Positions 10,667 through 20,008 of a stretch of 64,000 bases of DNA are shown here, in pieces. The notes below the pieces were generated by a model that made no database searches, was not told where the DNA came from, and saw nothing but the letters and a program-made list of their open reading frames with translations. Positions within the stretch are counted from its first letter, which is position 1. Every line of letters starts with the position of its first letter. Location of the stretch: positions 124,001 through 188,000 of the IMG/VR virus record IMGVR_UViG_3300023184_000026. One strand, written 5' to 3'. The position numbers and the translations under genes are program-made.

Positions 10667-10936
10667 ATGAAACTATTATCAATGGAAGATATTGATGCTA
10701 GGTTAGATAAAATATTACCAGAACTTCCATCAGAAAATGATGTAGAAGCATACATGAAAACATTTGGAATTGATCGTGTAGATGCTGTTCAACTGTGTCG
10801 TATTTCAACATATGATCGTAATCATGGGTTGATGAAGATATCTGATACCACAGGCAATGAGTATATGAAAACTCATGCTGAGTATCTTGAATTGAGCAAA
10901 ATGGTAGCAGAACACAACAGACAATTAAATTTATGA
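10667..10936 (+). CDS. hypothetical protein
   Basis: ORF tiles with neighbours. Confidence 0.6.
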   Translation: MKLLSMEDIDARLDKILPELPSENDVEAYMKTFGIDRVDAVQLCRISTYDRNHGLMKISDTTGNEYMKTHAEYLELSKMVAEHNRQLNL

Positions 10937-11487
10937 AATTCAAATATTATATCAAAAATGTAAAAGGACTTGTTTTTCCAGCGCGAGCAAATAAAACTGA
11001 TGCTGGTTATGATGTTATATCAACAAGTCCCGCTAATATTATAGGACAAACTTGGAACAGTAGTAGTGGTAAAACTTATTACAAGCGCATAGATTATATT
11101 GAATATGAAACCAATGTATACACCCATCCAGCCACCGAAGCAATTGATTCTTGCCAAAGTTCATATTCTATTTATAATTGTCACACAGATTTGAGACCAC
11201 GAAGTTCAATCAGTAAATATAATATTGTGCTTGCCAATTCTGTTGGTCTTATTGATCGTGGATATAGAAATCAAATATTGGTTCGCTTCAAATATATTTG
11301 GCAACCAGAAGATTATTCTATTATAGATGACCTAATTTTAGGTACACCTAATTTGAGCAAATTATACAATATGGGTGATAAGATTTGTCAACTACTACCT
11401 ATGGAAACACATGATATTGAGTTTCATCCAGTAGATATATTGGACAACAATGATCGTGGTGGTGGATTTGGATCTACAGGAAAGTGA
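10933..11487 (+). CDS. dut: trimeric dUTPase
   Basis: DAGYDV, RPRSSIS, GLIDRGYR, KICQL, RGGGFGSTG. Confidence 0.92.
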   Translation: MKFKYYIKNVKGLVFPARANKTDAGYDVISTSPANIIGQTWNSSSGKTYYKRIDYIEYETNVYTHPATEAIDSCQSSYSIYNCHTDLRPRSSISKYNIVLANSVGLIDRGYRNQILVRFKYIWQPEDYSIIDDLILGTPNLSKLYNMGDKICQLLPMETHDIEFHPVDILDNNDRGGGFGSTGK

Positions 11488-11524
11488 TCATTTTCTTTTT
11501 TTTAACATATATTTATTATGTGAT

Positions 11525-11686
11525 ATGAGTAAAAATCACGATAGATACAAAGAAGATTATTCAACAATAGACATTGAACAATTGGAAGAAATAGACACAG
11601 AGAAATTTGAGAAGTTTCGTCCAAAGAATAAAAAGAACATAAAGGGTAAATCAAAAGACAATAGTATAAAAAAAGACGACGAGTAA
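11525..11686 (+). CDS. small charged hypothetical protein
   Basis: ATG at 11525 just after a TATTTATT motif. Confidence 0.55.
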   Translation: MSKNHDRYKEDYSTIDIEQLEEIDTEKFEKFRPKNKKNIKGKSKDNSIKKDDE

Positions 11687-11701
11687 TATCGGCGTCTTTT
11701 T
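11670..11701. terminator. putative bidirectional intrinsic terminator
   Basis: AAAAAGACG..CGA/TCG..CGTCTTTTT hairpin over the stop codon of the upstream ORF. Confidence 0.55.
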
Positions 11702-11707
11702 GTTTTT

Positions 11708-11887
11708 ATGAGCACCACTGATGACAAGTGTGTCTTTTATTTGGAAATGTTCAGAGATGGACTTTATATAAAATTGTCAGAAGAACTACAAAAAGAAGAC
11801 GCCGCAACAACTGCGGCGTTTTGTTATTATTTGGCGAAGTATGAAGGCGTTCACCATTTAGATTTTTTGCGTAAGTTGATAGGTTAG
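11708..11887 (+). CDS. hypothetical protein (59 aa, below the ORF-track cutoff)
   Basis: MSTTDDKCVFYLEMFRDG...RKLIG translated by hand. Confidence 0.5.
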   Translation: MSTTDDKCVFYLEMFRDGLYIKLSEELQKEDAATTAAFCYYLAKYEGVHHLDFLRKLIG

Positions 11888-12891
11888 GATTCCATCTTTT
11901 TCTTTATTTCATCTAATACCGAGAAATCGTTGTTCAATATTTGCGTCTCCCAAATATAAAATAAGCTAAGTCCCTTTTCTTGGCAAAATTTTGCTTTATT
12001 TTTGTCTTTTTCAATCTTGGATGATTGTATTTTGTTTATAAGACGTTTTCCATCTCCATACAGTTCTGGATTTGCGTGCCAGTAATCTCCTTGTACTTCA
12101 ATCAATATTTTGTGTTTTTTATTTCCAAAATCAAACTGCTTGTGTCCAAGTATAACACCAAACTTGAATGACAGTCCTCGTTTATTTAGTTCGTTTTGTA
12201 CAATGGACTCTATTTTGTTGGGTTTCCATGTTTTCATTTGCGATACCATTGCTGCGGTTCCACCCTTTGCCTTCAACCGTCGGTATTCTTCGGGGTCGTC
12301 CCGCTGCAATCTTTTCTGCGACTCGGATATTTTGTTGGCGTATTCTTTGATATATTCTTCGGACAATGATTCTCTCCACATCTTTCTTTTTTTGCTAATC
12401 AAGTCTTGCGTTTCTTTATTGTGTGATTTTCCATGAAATGGATTTTTGTTTCCAGAAAATGCAACAGACATTTTTTTTGCTCTGACCTTTTCTCTATTAT
12501 CCGCCTCTTCTTTACCGTATTTTTCAACCCACCTTTTATAATTTGATTTTCCAAAGTTGGCATTATTTTTCCCAACTCCCCATTTTCCTTTTCTCTCCTT
12601 GCTCAATTTGTCTTTGAAGTATCGGCTGTGTTTCTTTCCCTTGAAAGGATTTTGATGGGTTCCCCGCCATCTATTTCCAAAATATTCCCTAGTAAGGTGC
12701 GCGGAAGTTATGGATTTTATTTTATAATAAGAACTATCTCCCTTACATTGTATTTTGACATCGCTACCAGCAAGATGTTCTTTCACAATCTTGCTGGTAT
12801 CATCCATAAGATAATATGATGGATTATTCTTTGATTTGCCGCGATGATATTCAATTACAACTTTATCGTTTATTTTTATTATGTTCTTCAT
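11884..12891 (-). mobile_element. free-standing homing endonuclease: NUMOD3-like repeats plus C-terminal Vsr/DUF559-like PD-(D/E)XK nuclease
   Basis: NPFKGKKHS and NPFHGKSHNKET; FDFGNKKHKILIEVQGDYWH. Confidence 0.8.
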
Positions 12892-12895
12892 ATGA

Positions 12896-12925
12896 GACTC
12901 CTATATTACTATAAATATAGGAGTC
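12896..12925 (-). promoter_or_regulatory. RBS-sequestering hairpin containing the TATTTATA motif
   Basis: Perfect 12-bp stem 12896-12907/12914-12925; AGGAG 6 nt before the ATG at 12891. Confidence 0.75.
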
Positions 12926-12937
12926 GCAGACCAAACA

Positions 12938-13975
12938 TCAAAGTTTTTTATTATTTTTAACGTCCCACTCAACATTTTTCAAATTTCCACCGGCGTATGA
13001 AATGGAGCTTTGAAGATGTCCTATCATATGACGAAGCTTATCGGCGTAAGATATGCCGTCGCATTCCAATTCAATCAGAGTTCCTTCAATGTGGCTATCA
13101 CCCGTTTTGTTGTGAGAAGAAGCGGAGCCGTAATATTGTTTGTAAGTTTTTGTTATTATAATCGGACCGCCACCGGCATAATATTCATTGGACGAAACAT
13201 TCTTATATACTGTTTCGGCTGGAGAATCAATGCTGCGAGCAAATATGCCACCGGCCATAACCACACTTGCACCTGCAACAAGAGCCTTTGCTATGTCCCC
13301 GCACTCGGAAATTCCTCCGTCCGCAATTATTGGCCGTCTAGCAATCTTGGAACACTCCAAAATACAGCTAAACATCGGAACACCAAATCCAGTTTCATTA
13401 TAAGTCCGACACGCTTTTCCAGCCGCAATTCCAACCTTCGTGGCGTCTGCACCCCAATTCTCCAAGTCAACAACCGCACCAGCCGCCGCAACATTTCCAG
13501 CAATGATGAATGGTCGTTCATATGCTCCTCTTTTATAAACACTATGTAAAAATTCAAGCATTTCCTTCATTCTTACGCTGTGTGCGTGCGCAATATCAAT
13601 AGTTAGAAAATCTATGCGAAGATTTTTTAAGATGCAATAATGAATCAATTCCACGTCCTCTTCTTTCACACCAATACTGATACTGATATTCTTAAAATTT
13701 TCTTTGTTTGCAACTTCAATAAACTTTTTATTATCTGTGTTGGATGGTGCGGTTTTGTCTGCGTTGAAGCGATGCATGATATAAAAATATTCATTTTCAC
13801 TCATATACTTTGCTTTATCAACATTCATGGTACATTCCATGTTGGCTGGCACAACTGGTAATTTAAATGTTTGATCACCAAATTTTATAGAAGTATTTGC
13901 TTCACTACGTGAATGAAACTCGCTATAACGAGGCTTTAGAAACACATCTTGATATGAATAATAGGTTTTTGACAT
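12938..13975 (-). CDS. guaC: GMP reductase
   Basis: LPVVPANM, YFYIMHRF, IDIAHAHS, AGNV, KVGIAAGKACRT, IIADGGI, LQSSISYAGG. Confidence 0.88.
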   Translation of the reverse strand: MSKTYYSYQDVFLKPRYSEFHSRSEANTSIKFGDQTFKLPVVPANMECTMNVDKAKYMSENEYFYIMHRFNADKTAPSNTDNKKFIEVANKENFKNISISIGVKEEDVELIHYCILKNLRIDFLTIDIAHAHSVRMKEMLEFLHSVYKRGAYERPFIIAGNVAAAGAVVDLENWGADATKVGIAAGKACRTYNETGFGVPMFSCILECSKIARRPIIADGGISECGDIAKALVAGASVVMAGGIFARSIDSPAETVYKNVSSNEYYAGGGPIIITKTYKQYYGSASSHNKTGDSHIEGTLIELECDGISYADKLRHMIGHLQSSISYAGGNLKNVEWDVKNNKKL

Positions 13976-14042
13976 ATGAATTCATACTACACACATCCAA
14001 AAAAGTGTCAATTTGTAATAAGTGGTATATATTTATTAGCAT

Positions 14043-14474
14043 ATGGCAAAAAATCTAAGAGTGTTCAAAGGTGTGGGCTGTCCAGATTTGGACACACAAA
14101 CTCTTGCTTTGTTGGTCAAGTTCTTAAAGTATGCGATCTCAGAGTTGAAATTGCAAGATGTTGAAGTGAAGATACGATTATTGGGCAAGTCGCCAAATGA
14201 ACCTATCACAACTGGCTGTTATTCACCTCAAAACAAGACTATATCTACTATATGTGATGGTAGGCATATGATTGATTATTGTCGCACAATTGCTCATGAA
14301 TTAACTCACATGAAACAAGATGTTGATAATAGAATAAATGGCAATGAACAAGAGATTGGTGGAGAAATTGAGAATGAGGCAAACGTAATTGCGGGAATCG
14401 TGATGAAAAAATTTATAAAAACGATACTAACACCCGATGACAAAAAGTATCTTGGTCTCGGAAATTATAATTAG
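14043..14474 (+). CDS. zincin-like (HExxH) metallopeptidase-fold protein
   Basis: TIAHELTHMKQ...EIENEAN. Confidence 0.65.
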   Translation: MAKNLRVFKGVGCPDLDTQTLALLVKFLKYAISELKLQDVEVKIRLLGKSPNEPITTGCYSPQNKTISTICDGRHMIDYCRTIAHELTHMKQDVDNRINGNEQEIGGEIENEANVIAGIVMKKFIKTILTPDDKKYLGLGNYN

Positions 14475-14536
14475 TATTTTTGTAAGATTTTAGTAAGTTT
14501 TATATTTGTTCCTTATACTTATATGAAAGGTTATAT

Positions 14537-14701
14537 ATGGGTAGAAAATCGCACAATCTAACAAAGGAACAAAAAGATGAACGCAACAGAGAATACCGAA
14601 TGCGGAGTTATTGGAAGCGCGTTGAAAAAGAACGAGCAGCCGGACGAGAAGCCTACTATCGTAAGCGGGATATACGGACTCCGCAGCAAAACAACGGGTA
14701 A
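14537..14701 (+). CDS. 54-aa basic helical protein overlapping the GIY-YIG gene
   Basis: MGRKSHNLTKEQKDERNREY... preceded by TACTTATA and GAAAGG. Confidence 0.6.
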   Translation: MGRKSHNLTKEQKDERNREYRMRSYWKRVEKERAAGREAYYRKRDIRTPQQNNG

Positions 14702-15572
14702 ATGGTATATAGGTCAAAGTACCGATATATTTGAGCGGTGGAGGGATTACCAAATGGTTCGGTGTAAAAATCAAACAAAAATATATCACGCATTGTTGAA
14801 ATACGGTTATGATGATTTTGATAGGATAATAATAGAAGATATGCCGACAGTAAGTTGGATGATGGATTATAGAGAGATGTATTGGATACGAAAATATGAT
14901 TCTGTAAAAAATGGGTACAATATCGCAGAAGGCGGTGGTGTCGGAATTTCATTCAAAGGAAGAAAACATTCGGAGGAAACCAAGCGAAAAATGTCGGCTT
15001 GGCAGACGGGAAGGAAGCGGACGGCGGAAACGGTGGAGAGGATGCGTAAATCTTTGACTGGAAAGAAATATGGACCAAAATCAATAGAGACTAAGGAAAA
15101 AATTCGGCTTGGGAATATTGGGAGGATTGTATCCGAAGAAACGAAGAGGAAACTATCAAACCGGAATGTATCAATAGAAACGCGAATGAAAATGTCCATT
15201 TCCAATAAAGGAATGTATGATGGTGAAAAAAACCCATGCTTTGGTAGAAGATGGATAACCGACGGAATTTCCAATAAATTTGTAAAAGGAACGGCTGAAT
15301 TGCCTATTGGATGGAAATATGGAAAAATTGGTACTCCACATTCGGAAGAATCGAAGCATAAAATATCAATTGGAAATACGGGAAAAATACGGTCAGAAGA
15401 AGTCAAGCGAGATGTATCTATCCGGCAATCTGGGAAAATACGGGGACCGAACAAACATGGACATTCTAAAGAAACAAAACTGAAATTATCAATTGCTATG
15501 AGCGGCAGGCCCAAATCACAAGAAACTAGAGACAATATGAAAATTGCTTGGATAAAACGAAAGGCTGCATAA
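14577..15572 (+). mobile_element. GIY-YIG homing endonuclease with multiple NUMOD3 repeats
   Basis: SGIYGLRSKTTGKWYIGQS; REMYWI; NGYN; repeated HSEETK..MS/LS motifs. Confidence 0.88.
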
Positions 15573-15631
15573 AAAGTATATATATTGACTTCATTCTGTG
15601 ATGTCGTTATATTTATAGTAATAGCATATAT

Positions 15632-15862
15632 ATGAAAAAATCAGAACTAAAAGCATTGATCAAAGAAGTTGTTGAAGAGTCACTAACAAATACCAATCAG
15701 CCAATAGACCAACGTTTATCTCTAATAAAAGGAAAAACTGTATCTTCGGCATTTATAGCGGGTGGAGGATATATAGTTATAACATTCAAAGATGGTTCTC
15801 GGCTTGAGATTGACGCCAAGGGAGAAAATAAATTTGGTGTATCACTGGATAAAAATTTATGA
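15632..15862 (+). CDS. MKKSELKALIKEV-leader protein 1
   Basis: Shared 38-nt identical 5' end; preceded by TATTTATA. Confidence 0.65.
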   Translation: MKKSELKALIKEVVEESLTNTNQPIDQRLSLIKGKTVSSAFIAGGGYIVITFKDGSRLEIDAKGENKFGVSLDKNL

Positions 15863-16146
15863 AAAAATCAGAACTAAAAGCATTGATCAAAGAAGTAATT
15901 GAAGAAGCGACAACCGACTCACCAGTATCATATCTAGAAGCGATTGATTTATTGGCAAAAGAAGAAGCACAACGATATATCAACAGCGGAAATTCAAAAA
16001 GAATGAATATCAGCGATGATGCCATGAGCGTCGTTGAGTTATTGTTCGGAAAAACGAAACAAGAAATTTTCCATGCAATAGAAACCGCGTCAAGAAAAGA
16101 ATTACAAAGCAGAGCGGGTGCAGGAACTTGGAAAAAATCGGTATGA
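15859..16146 (+). CDS. MKKSELKALIKEV-leader protein 2
   Basis: Shared 38-nt identical 5' end; ATGA-coupled. Confidence 0.65.
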   Translation: MKKSELKALIKEVIEEATTDSPVSYLEAIDLLAKEEAQRYINSGNSKRMNISDDAMSVVELLFGKTKQEIFHAIETASRKELQSRAGAGTWKKSV

Positions 16147-16448
16147 AAAAATCAGAACTAAAAGCATTGATCAAAGAAGTGATTGAAGAAATGACTGGAC
16201 CAAATTATATTTCTATAAAAGAGTCCGACGAAAATGTTCCATGGGGGCAACACAAAGATGATTGGTTGCCAGGTGGAGCAGGAGATCCTGCCCACGACAA
16301 AAAAAAGCCGTTTGTTGTGGTAGTAACTGATTCAGACACAGGTAAAAAGCGTGAAGTTGGATTTGATGATCATGATGCTGCTATGGATTTCAAGTTGGCA
16401 GCAGAAGAAGACGGAACATATTTGGGATTTCATCAAAACAAATCATGA
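16143..16448 (+). CDS. MKKSELKALIKEV-leader protein 3
   Basis: Shared 38-nt identical 5' end; ATGA-coupled. Confidence 0.65.
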   Translation: MKKSELKALIKEVIEEMTGPNYISIKESDENVPWGQHKDDWLPGGAGDPAHDKKKPFVVVVTDSDTGKKREVGFDDHDAAMDFKLAAEEDGTYLGFHQNKS

Positions 16449-16780
16449 ACGAGCAATATACAACAATGAATATATCAGCAATGATGACAAGAGGTCATAG
16501 TAATGACTCTGTAAGTAGTGCTGACATACAATCATTGTTGCGTGGTCGTTCATTTGGTAATCATAAACAACAAGCAGAAAAGCCATTTGAAATGAATCCA
16601 AGTATTCCAGATTATAATAATGCTGATATGCAAGAACTACAAGATTATTGCTCAAAGCGTGGCATACTTGGTGTGAATTTTAATGGTCGCGATCCAAAAT
16701 CAATTTTGAAAATGCTCAAAGCCAGAATGGGTGACAGAACATCTATCAACGAAACTAAAAAAGGATTACTAAATGGATAA
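16445..16780 (+). CDS. hypothetical protein
   Basis: ATGA-coupled ORF. Confidence 0.6.
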   Translation: MNEQYTTMNISAMMTRGHSNDSVSSADIQSLLRGRSFGNHKQQAEKPFEMNPSIPDYNNADMQELQDYCSKRGILGVNFNGRDPKSILKMLKARMGDRTSINETKKGLLNG

Positions 16781-17696
16781 AATACCAGCATACTACAGTT
16801 TTTATACAGACCTGATTGCAGAAGGTCATTGTATTATGGTTGATGTACCACAAAAAGAATCTATGCTTGAATTTATCAAGCAGATTCCAAACGAATGTGT
16901 ATATGAAGAAGTTGGCGAAAATTATGGTAAGGAAGCCAATCCACATGTAACTGTTATGTATGGCTTGAGTCCAGTAGAAGAAGGTAGAGTCAAAGAACTA
17001 TTGAATAAAGTACCAAAAAAGATTGTAGCAGAACTGGGAAAAATCAGTAAGTTTTCTAACACAGATACTCCATATGATGTATTGAAGATTGAAGTGAAAA
17101 GTCCTCATTTGAGCAAGATACATGAAATGATTCGCAAGAACTTTGACAACAACTATAAATGGCCACAATACAATCCTCATGTTACTTTGGCATATGTCAA
17201 AAAAGGAACATGTAATGAATATGTTGGTAATAAAACATTTGAAGGTATGAAAGTAATGTTTGAAACATTTATGTATAGCAACGGTATTAGAGAACTGAAT
17301 CATGCTGTGCCAATGAAGGAATATTATGTTGGTCAATCTGGTGGCTATGGTGGTGGAGCAATGGCTGGTGGAGGTGTGGCAGCAACCAATTGGGCTGGTA
17401 CATTCTCTAGCAATCAAACATCACGCCGCTTACAAAATTATCCAGCACAACGCAAATATACATATATGCAGGGCAATACTGTTATTGGTAGTCCATTATA
17501 TGATACTCTCACAGACGATGATTTGATAGATCCAAACTTTAGCAAAGATGAAATACGTACTGGACTGCGTTATGAAATGAAACGCATGGAATATCCAGAC
17601 AAAGATGTAGCCAAACCAACAGTATTGAAAAATCTTCACAAAAATCCAAAATATTATAGCGACTTGGAAATGTACTTTCAATCGGATAAAATTTAA
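16773..17696 (+). CDS. 2H phosphoesterase (2'-5' RNA ligase/Acb1-like) fused to a DUF5661-like C-terminal domain
   Basis: PHVTVMY and PHVTLAY HxT motifs; C-terminal GLRYEM..NLHKNPKYYSDL. Confidence 0.75.
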   Translation: MDKIPAYYSFYTDLIAEGHCIMVDVPQKESMLEFIKQIPNECVYEEVGENYGKEANPHVTVMYGLSPVEEGRVKELLNKVPKKIVAELGKISKFSNTDTPYDVLKIEVKSPHLSKIHEMIRKNFDNNYKWPQYNPHVTLAYVKKGTCNEYVGNKTFEGMKVMFETFMYSNGIRELNHAVPMKEYYVGQSGGYGGGAMAGGGVAATNWAGTFSSNQTSRRLQNYPAQRKYTYMQGNTVIGSPLYDTLTDDDLIDPNFSKDEIRTGLRYEMKRMEYPDKDVAKPTVLKNLHKNPKYYSDLEMYFQSDKI

Positions 17697-17716
17697 CAAA
17701 CAAGAAATATTATTGT

Positions 17717-18493
17717 ATGTCGGAATTTAAGAGACAATGCCCCGTTTGTAGTAATGATATATATCACACATCTAAATGTAATTTGATGAAAATGGTGAGA
17801 CTGAACTCTTGCTGTGTAAAATGCCGAGGAAAATCTCGAAGGAAATATAGTGTAGAAAAACTTGAAAGAGTTTGTTCAAAGTGCGAATGTAATATAAATT
17901 ACAATTCAATAAAATCATACAACCAAGCAATGAGTCGCAATTCTATGTGCAAGTTGTGTAGTTATAAAAATAGACCGCCTTGTTCAGAAAAAACTAAAAA
18001 TAAAATATCAATGGCAAATTCTGGAGAAAACAATGGTATGTTTGGAGAAACTCACAGCGAGGAATATAAACATGAATTATCCGAAAAATTAAAAAAGTCT
18101 CCACTTAAACAAACAGAAATTGGGATTGAAAAGATGAGAAACTCTCTACGAAAAAAATATGCAGAGAAATTTATAAAAACTGGATACAAATACCCAAGAG
18201 TCAATATAAAAGCGTGTGAGTTTATAGATCAATATGGAAAAGAGAATGGCTATTCGTTTATTCACGGACTGAATGGTGGCGAGAAATACTTCAAAGATGT
18301 TGGTGCATTTGTAGATGGGTACGATGAAAAAACCAATACAATATTTGAGTACGATGAAAGGCATCATTTTGACAGATTTGGAAATTTGATAAAGAAGGAC
18401 GCCGATAGAATGCAAGACCTATTGAAATATACAGGATGCAAAATAATAAGATACAACGAACTTAAAAAAACAATAAAGGAATATACATTATGA
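17717..18493 (+). mobile_element. homing endonuclease: Zn-ribbon CxxC pairs, NUMOD3 and PD-(D/E)XK domain
   Basis: CPVC/CVKC/CSKC/CKLC; NGMFGETHSEE; VDGYDEKTNTIFEYDERHH. Confidence 0.75.
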
Positions 18494-19188
18494 ACATTGA
18501 CCCAAACGAGCTGGCGATGGGAATCGCAGCAGAAAAAGACCATGAACAAGATAAAGCAAAAATGTGCAATCAAGACGATACACTTGCCAAAACTATCGCA
18601 CTTCATCACTTAAAAGAAGATCCCCGTTATTATACCAAACTGAATAAAGCCGGTCTTGAGCAAGAAGGCGCAATGACACCGCTTGAATCGGGTATGGATG
18701 AATGTGGATATGATATACCATCGGTTGCAATTATTCAAGTATCTGCTGAACCAGTTGGTCAAACTTCATTGAACAGTTCTGGATTGGGAAAAGGTGGAAT
18801 TGCAACACCACTGAAAACATCCAACATAAAAGCACCTGCCGAAAAAGCAAAAATTGGTGCAAATAAAATTGTTGTGGGCAAAACTCCAACCATGTCTGGA
18901 AATGCTGATCCGCTTGATCATTATTTTGGTGCTGCTATGGAAGAAGGTAAGAACTGGCCATATGATGATGAAGGTAAATTAGAACCAGAGCCAAAGGCAA
19001 AAGGTGATTATCAACCACATCAACATGGCAAATATTCTGACATGGGTGGCGTGGATAATCCTACTGGAGATTTTGGTGACTTTGATAAAAAGCCAAAACA
19101 TGGCGGCTATAAAAAAATAAAGCCAAGTGGAGCACAACGTGGTGGTCCAGATGACCCAGACATTGATACCCCACACATGGGTAGATAA
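18490..19188 (+). CDS. DUF5661-like domain protein
   Basis: ELAMGIAAEKDH...AKTIALHHLKEDPRYYTKL followed by a low-complexity tail. Confidence 0.65.
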   Translation: MNIDPNELAMGIAAEKDHEQDKAKMCNQDDTLAKTIALHHLKEDPRYYTKLNKAGLEQEGAMTPLESGMDECGYDIPSVAIIQVSAEPVGQTSLNSSGLGKGGIATPLKTSNIKAPAEKAKIGANKIVVGKTPTMSGNADPLDHYFGAAMEEGKNWPYDDEGKLEPEPKAKGDYQPHQHGKYSDMGGVDNPTGDFGDFDKKPKHGGYKKIKPSGAQRGGPDDPDIDTPHMGR

Positions 19189-19197
19189 TAATAAACA

Positions 19198-19548
19198 ATG
19201 AATGGAGATCATATAGACCATTTCTGTTCAGCCATTCAATTGTTGAATGAAGGTGGGTCAAAAATCACTGAACCAAATGCTGGTATAACAAGTGATATGA
19301 ATGGTCGTTGGACTATTGGTGCATTTGATACAAGCAAGAAAAATAAAAAAGAAACACCAGCATTGACTGAGTTGATATACGACAACAATGCTGGTGTCAT
19401 GGAGATTGCTAAGTTCTTCAATGTTGCCACGCCAGAACAAGAAGACAAATTGTTGAACCTGATGAACAACAACAAAACAAAAGCAGCGTGGAATTTTATT
19501 GAAGAGGTGTTGGGAATAAAATTTCAAGGTGATGGTCCTTGGAAGTAA
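19198..19548 (+). CDS. hypothetical protein
   Basis: ORF tiles with neighbours. Confidence 0.6.
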   Translation: MNGDHIDHFCSAIQLLNEGGSKITEPNAGITSDMNGRWTIGAFDTSKKNKKETPALTELIYDNNAGVMEIAKFFNVATPEQEDKLLNLMNNNKTKAAWNFIEEVLGIKFQGDGPWK

Positions 19549-19679
19549 GTTGTTATAGATTGACATATTAGATAACATGGTTGATACTGTGTATCAACAT
19601 GGTTAATATTATCAACAACTGAAAGCGAATATCAAAGCTGTTTGATACTTATATATACAACAATAAAAATAAAGGTTAT

Positions 19680-19997
19680 ATGTCAAAATATTATGTGATA
19701 GACTCTACAAAGAAACAAGGTAATAAAAATCCCGTGGTTCTTTTTGAAACAACTGATGGTGTAATAAAATATCTAGAAGGTATGTGTGAACGTCAGTTCA
19801 AACAAAGTCGCAAAGATTATATGAACAATGCCGAAAGCATTGGACACAGCGCGGATGAAACAACAGGTCGTGCTTTTTATGATTTGATGGAACAATATTT
19901 CAATATTGGTGTTATTCGCAACGGCAACAGTCCAGTCAAAACCAATATATTTCAAGCCTCTGAGTTTCTAAAGGGCAAAGACGCACACGGCAACTAA
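19680..19997 (+). CDS. hypothetical protein
   Basis: ORF preceded by TACTTATA at 19646. Confidence 0.6.
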   Translation: MSKYYVIDSTKKQGNKNPVVLFETTDGVIKYLEGMCERQFKQSRKDYMNNAESIGHSADETTGRAFYDLMEQYFNIGVIRNGNSPVKTNIFQASEFLKGKDAHGN

Positions 19998-20008
19998 AAG
20001 TATATATA

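Noticed and set aside
11337-11347. TTAGGTACACC as another copy of the dispersed motif
   Set aside because: Inside the dUTPase coding sequence and lacks the C-run
11790-11822. ACGCCGCA/TGCGGCGT hairpin as a terminator
   Set aside because: Lies inside the plausible 59-aa ORF 11708-11887; it could still act for the minus-strand endonuclease transcript but is not supportable alone
13010-15535. Long antisense ORFs (13010-13549 +, 14867-15535 -) and similar shadows such as 59381-59962 -
   Set aside because: Fully overlap well-supported genes on the other strand and show no motifs
11884-18493. Group I introns or inteins housing the homing endonucleases
   Set aside because: Flanking genes (guaC, 2H/DUF5661 genes) look complete and the intergenic gaps are too short for an intron core
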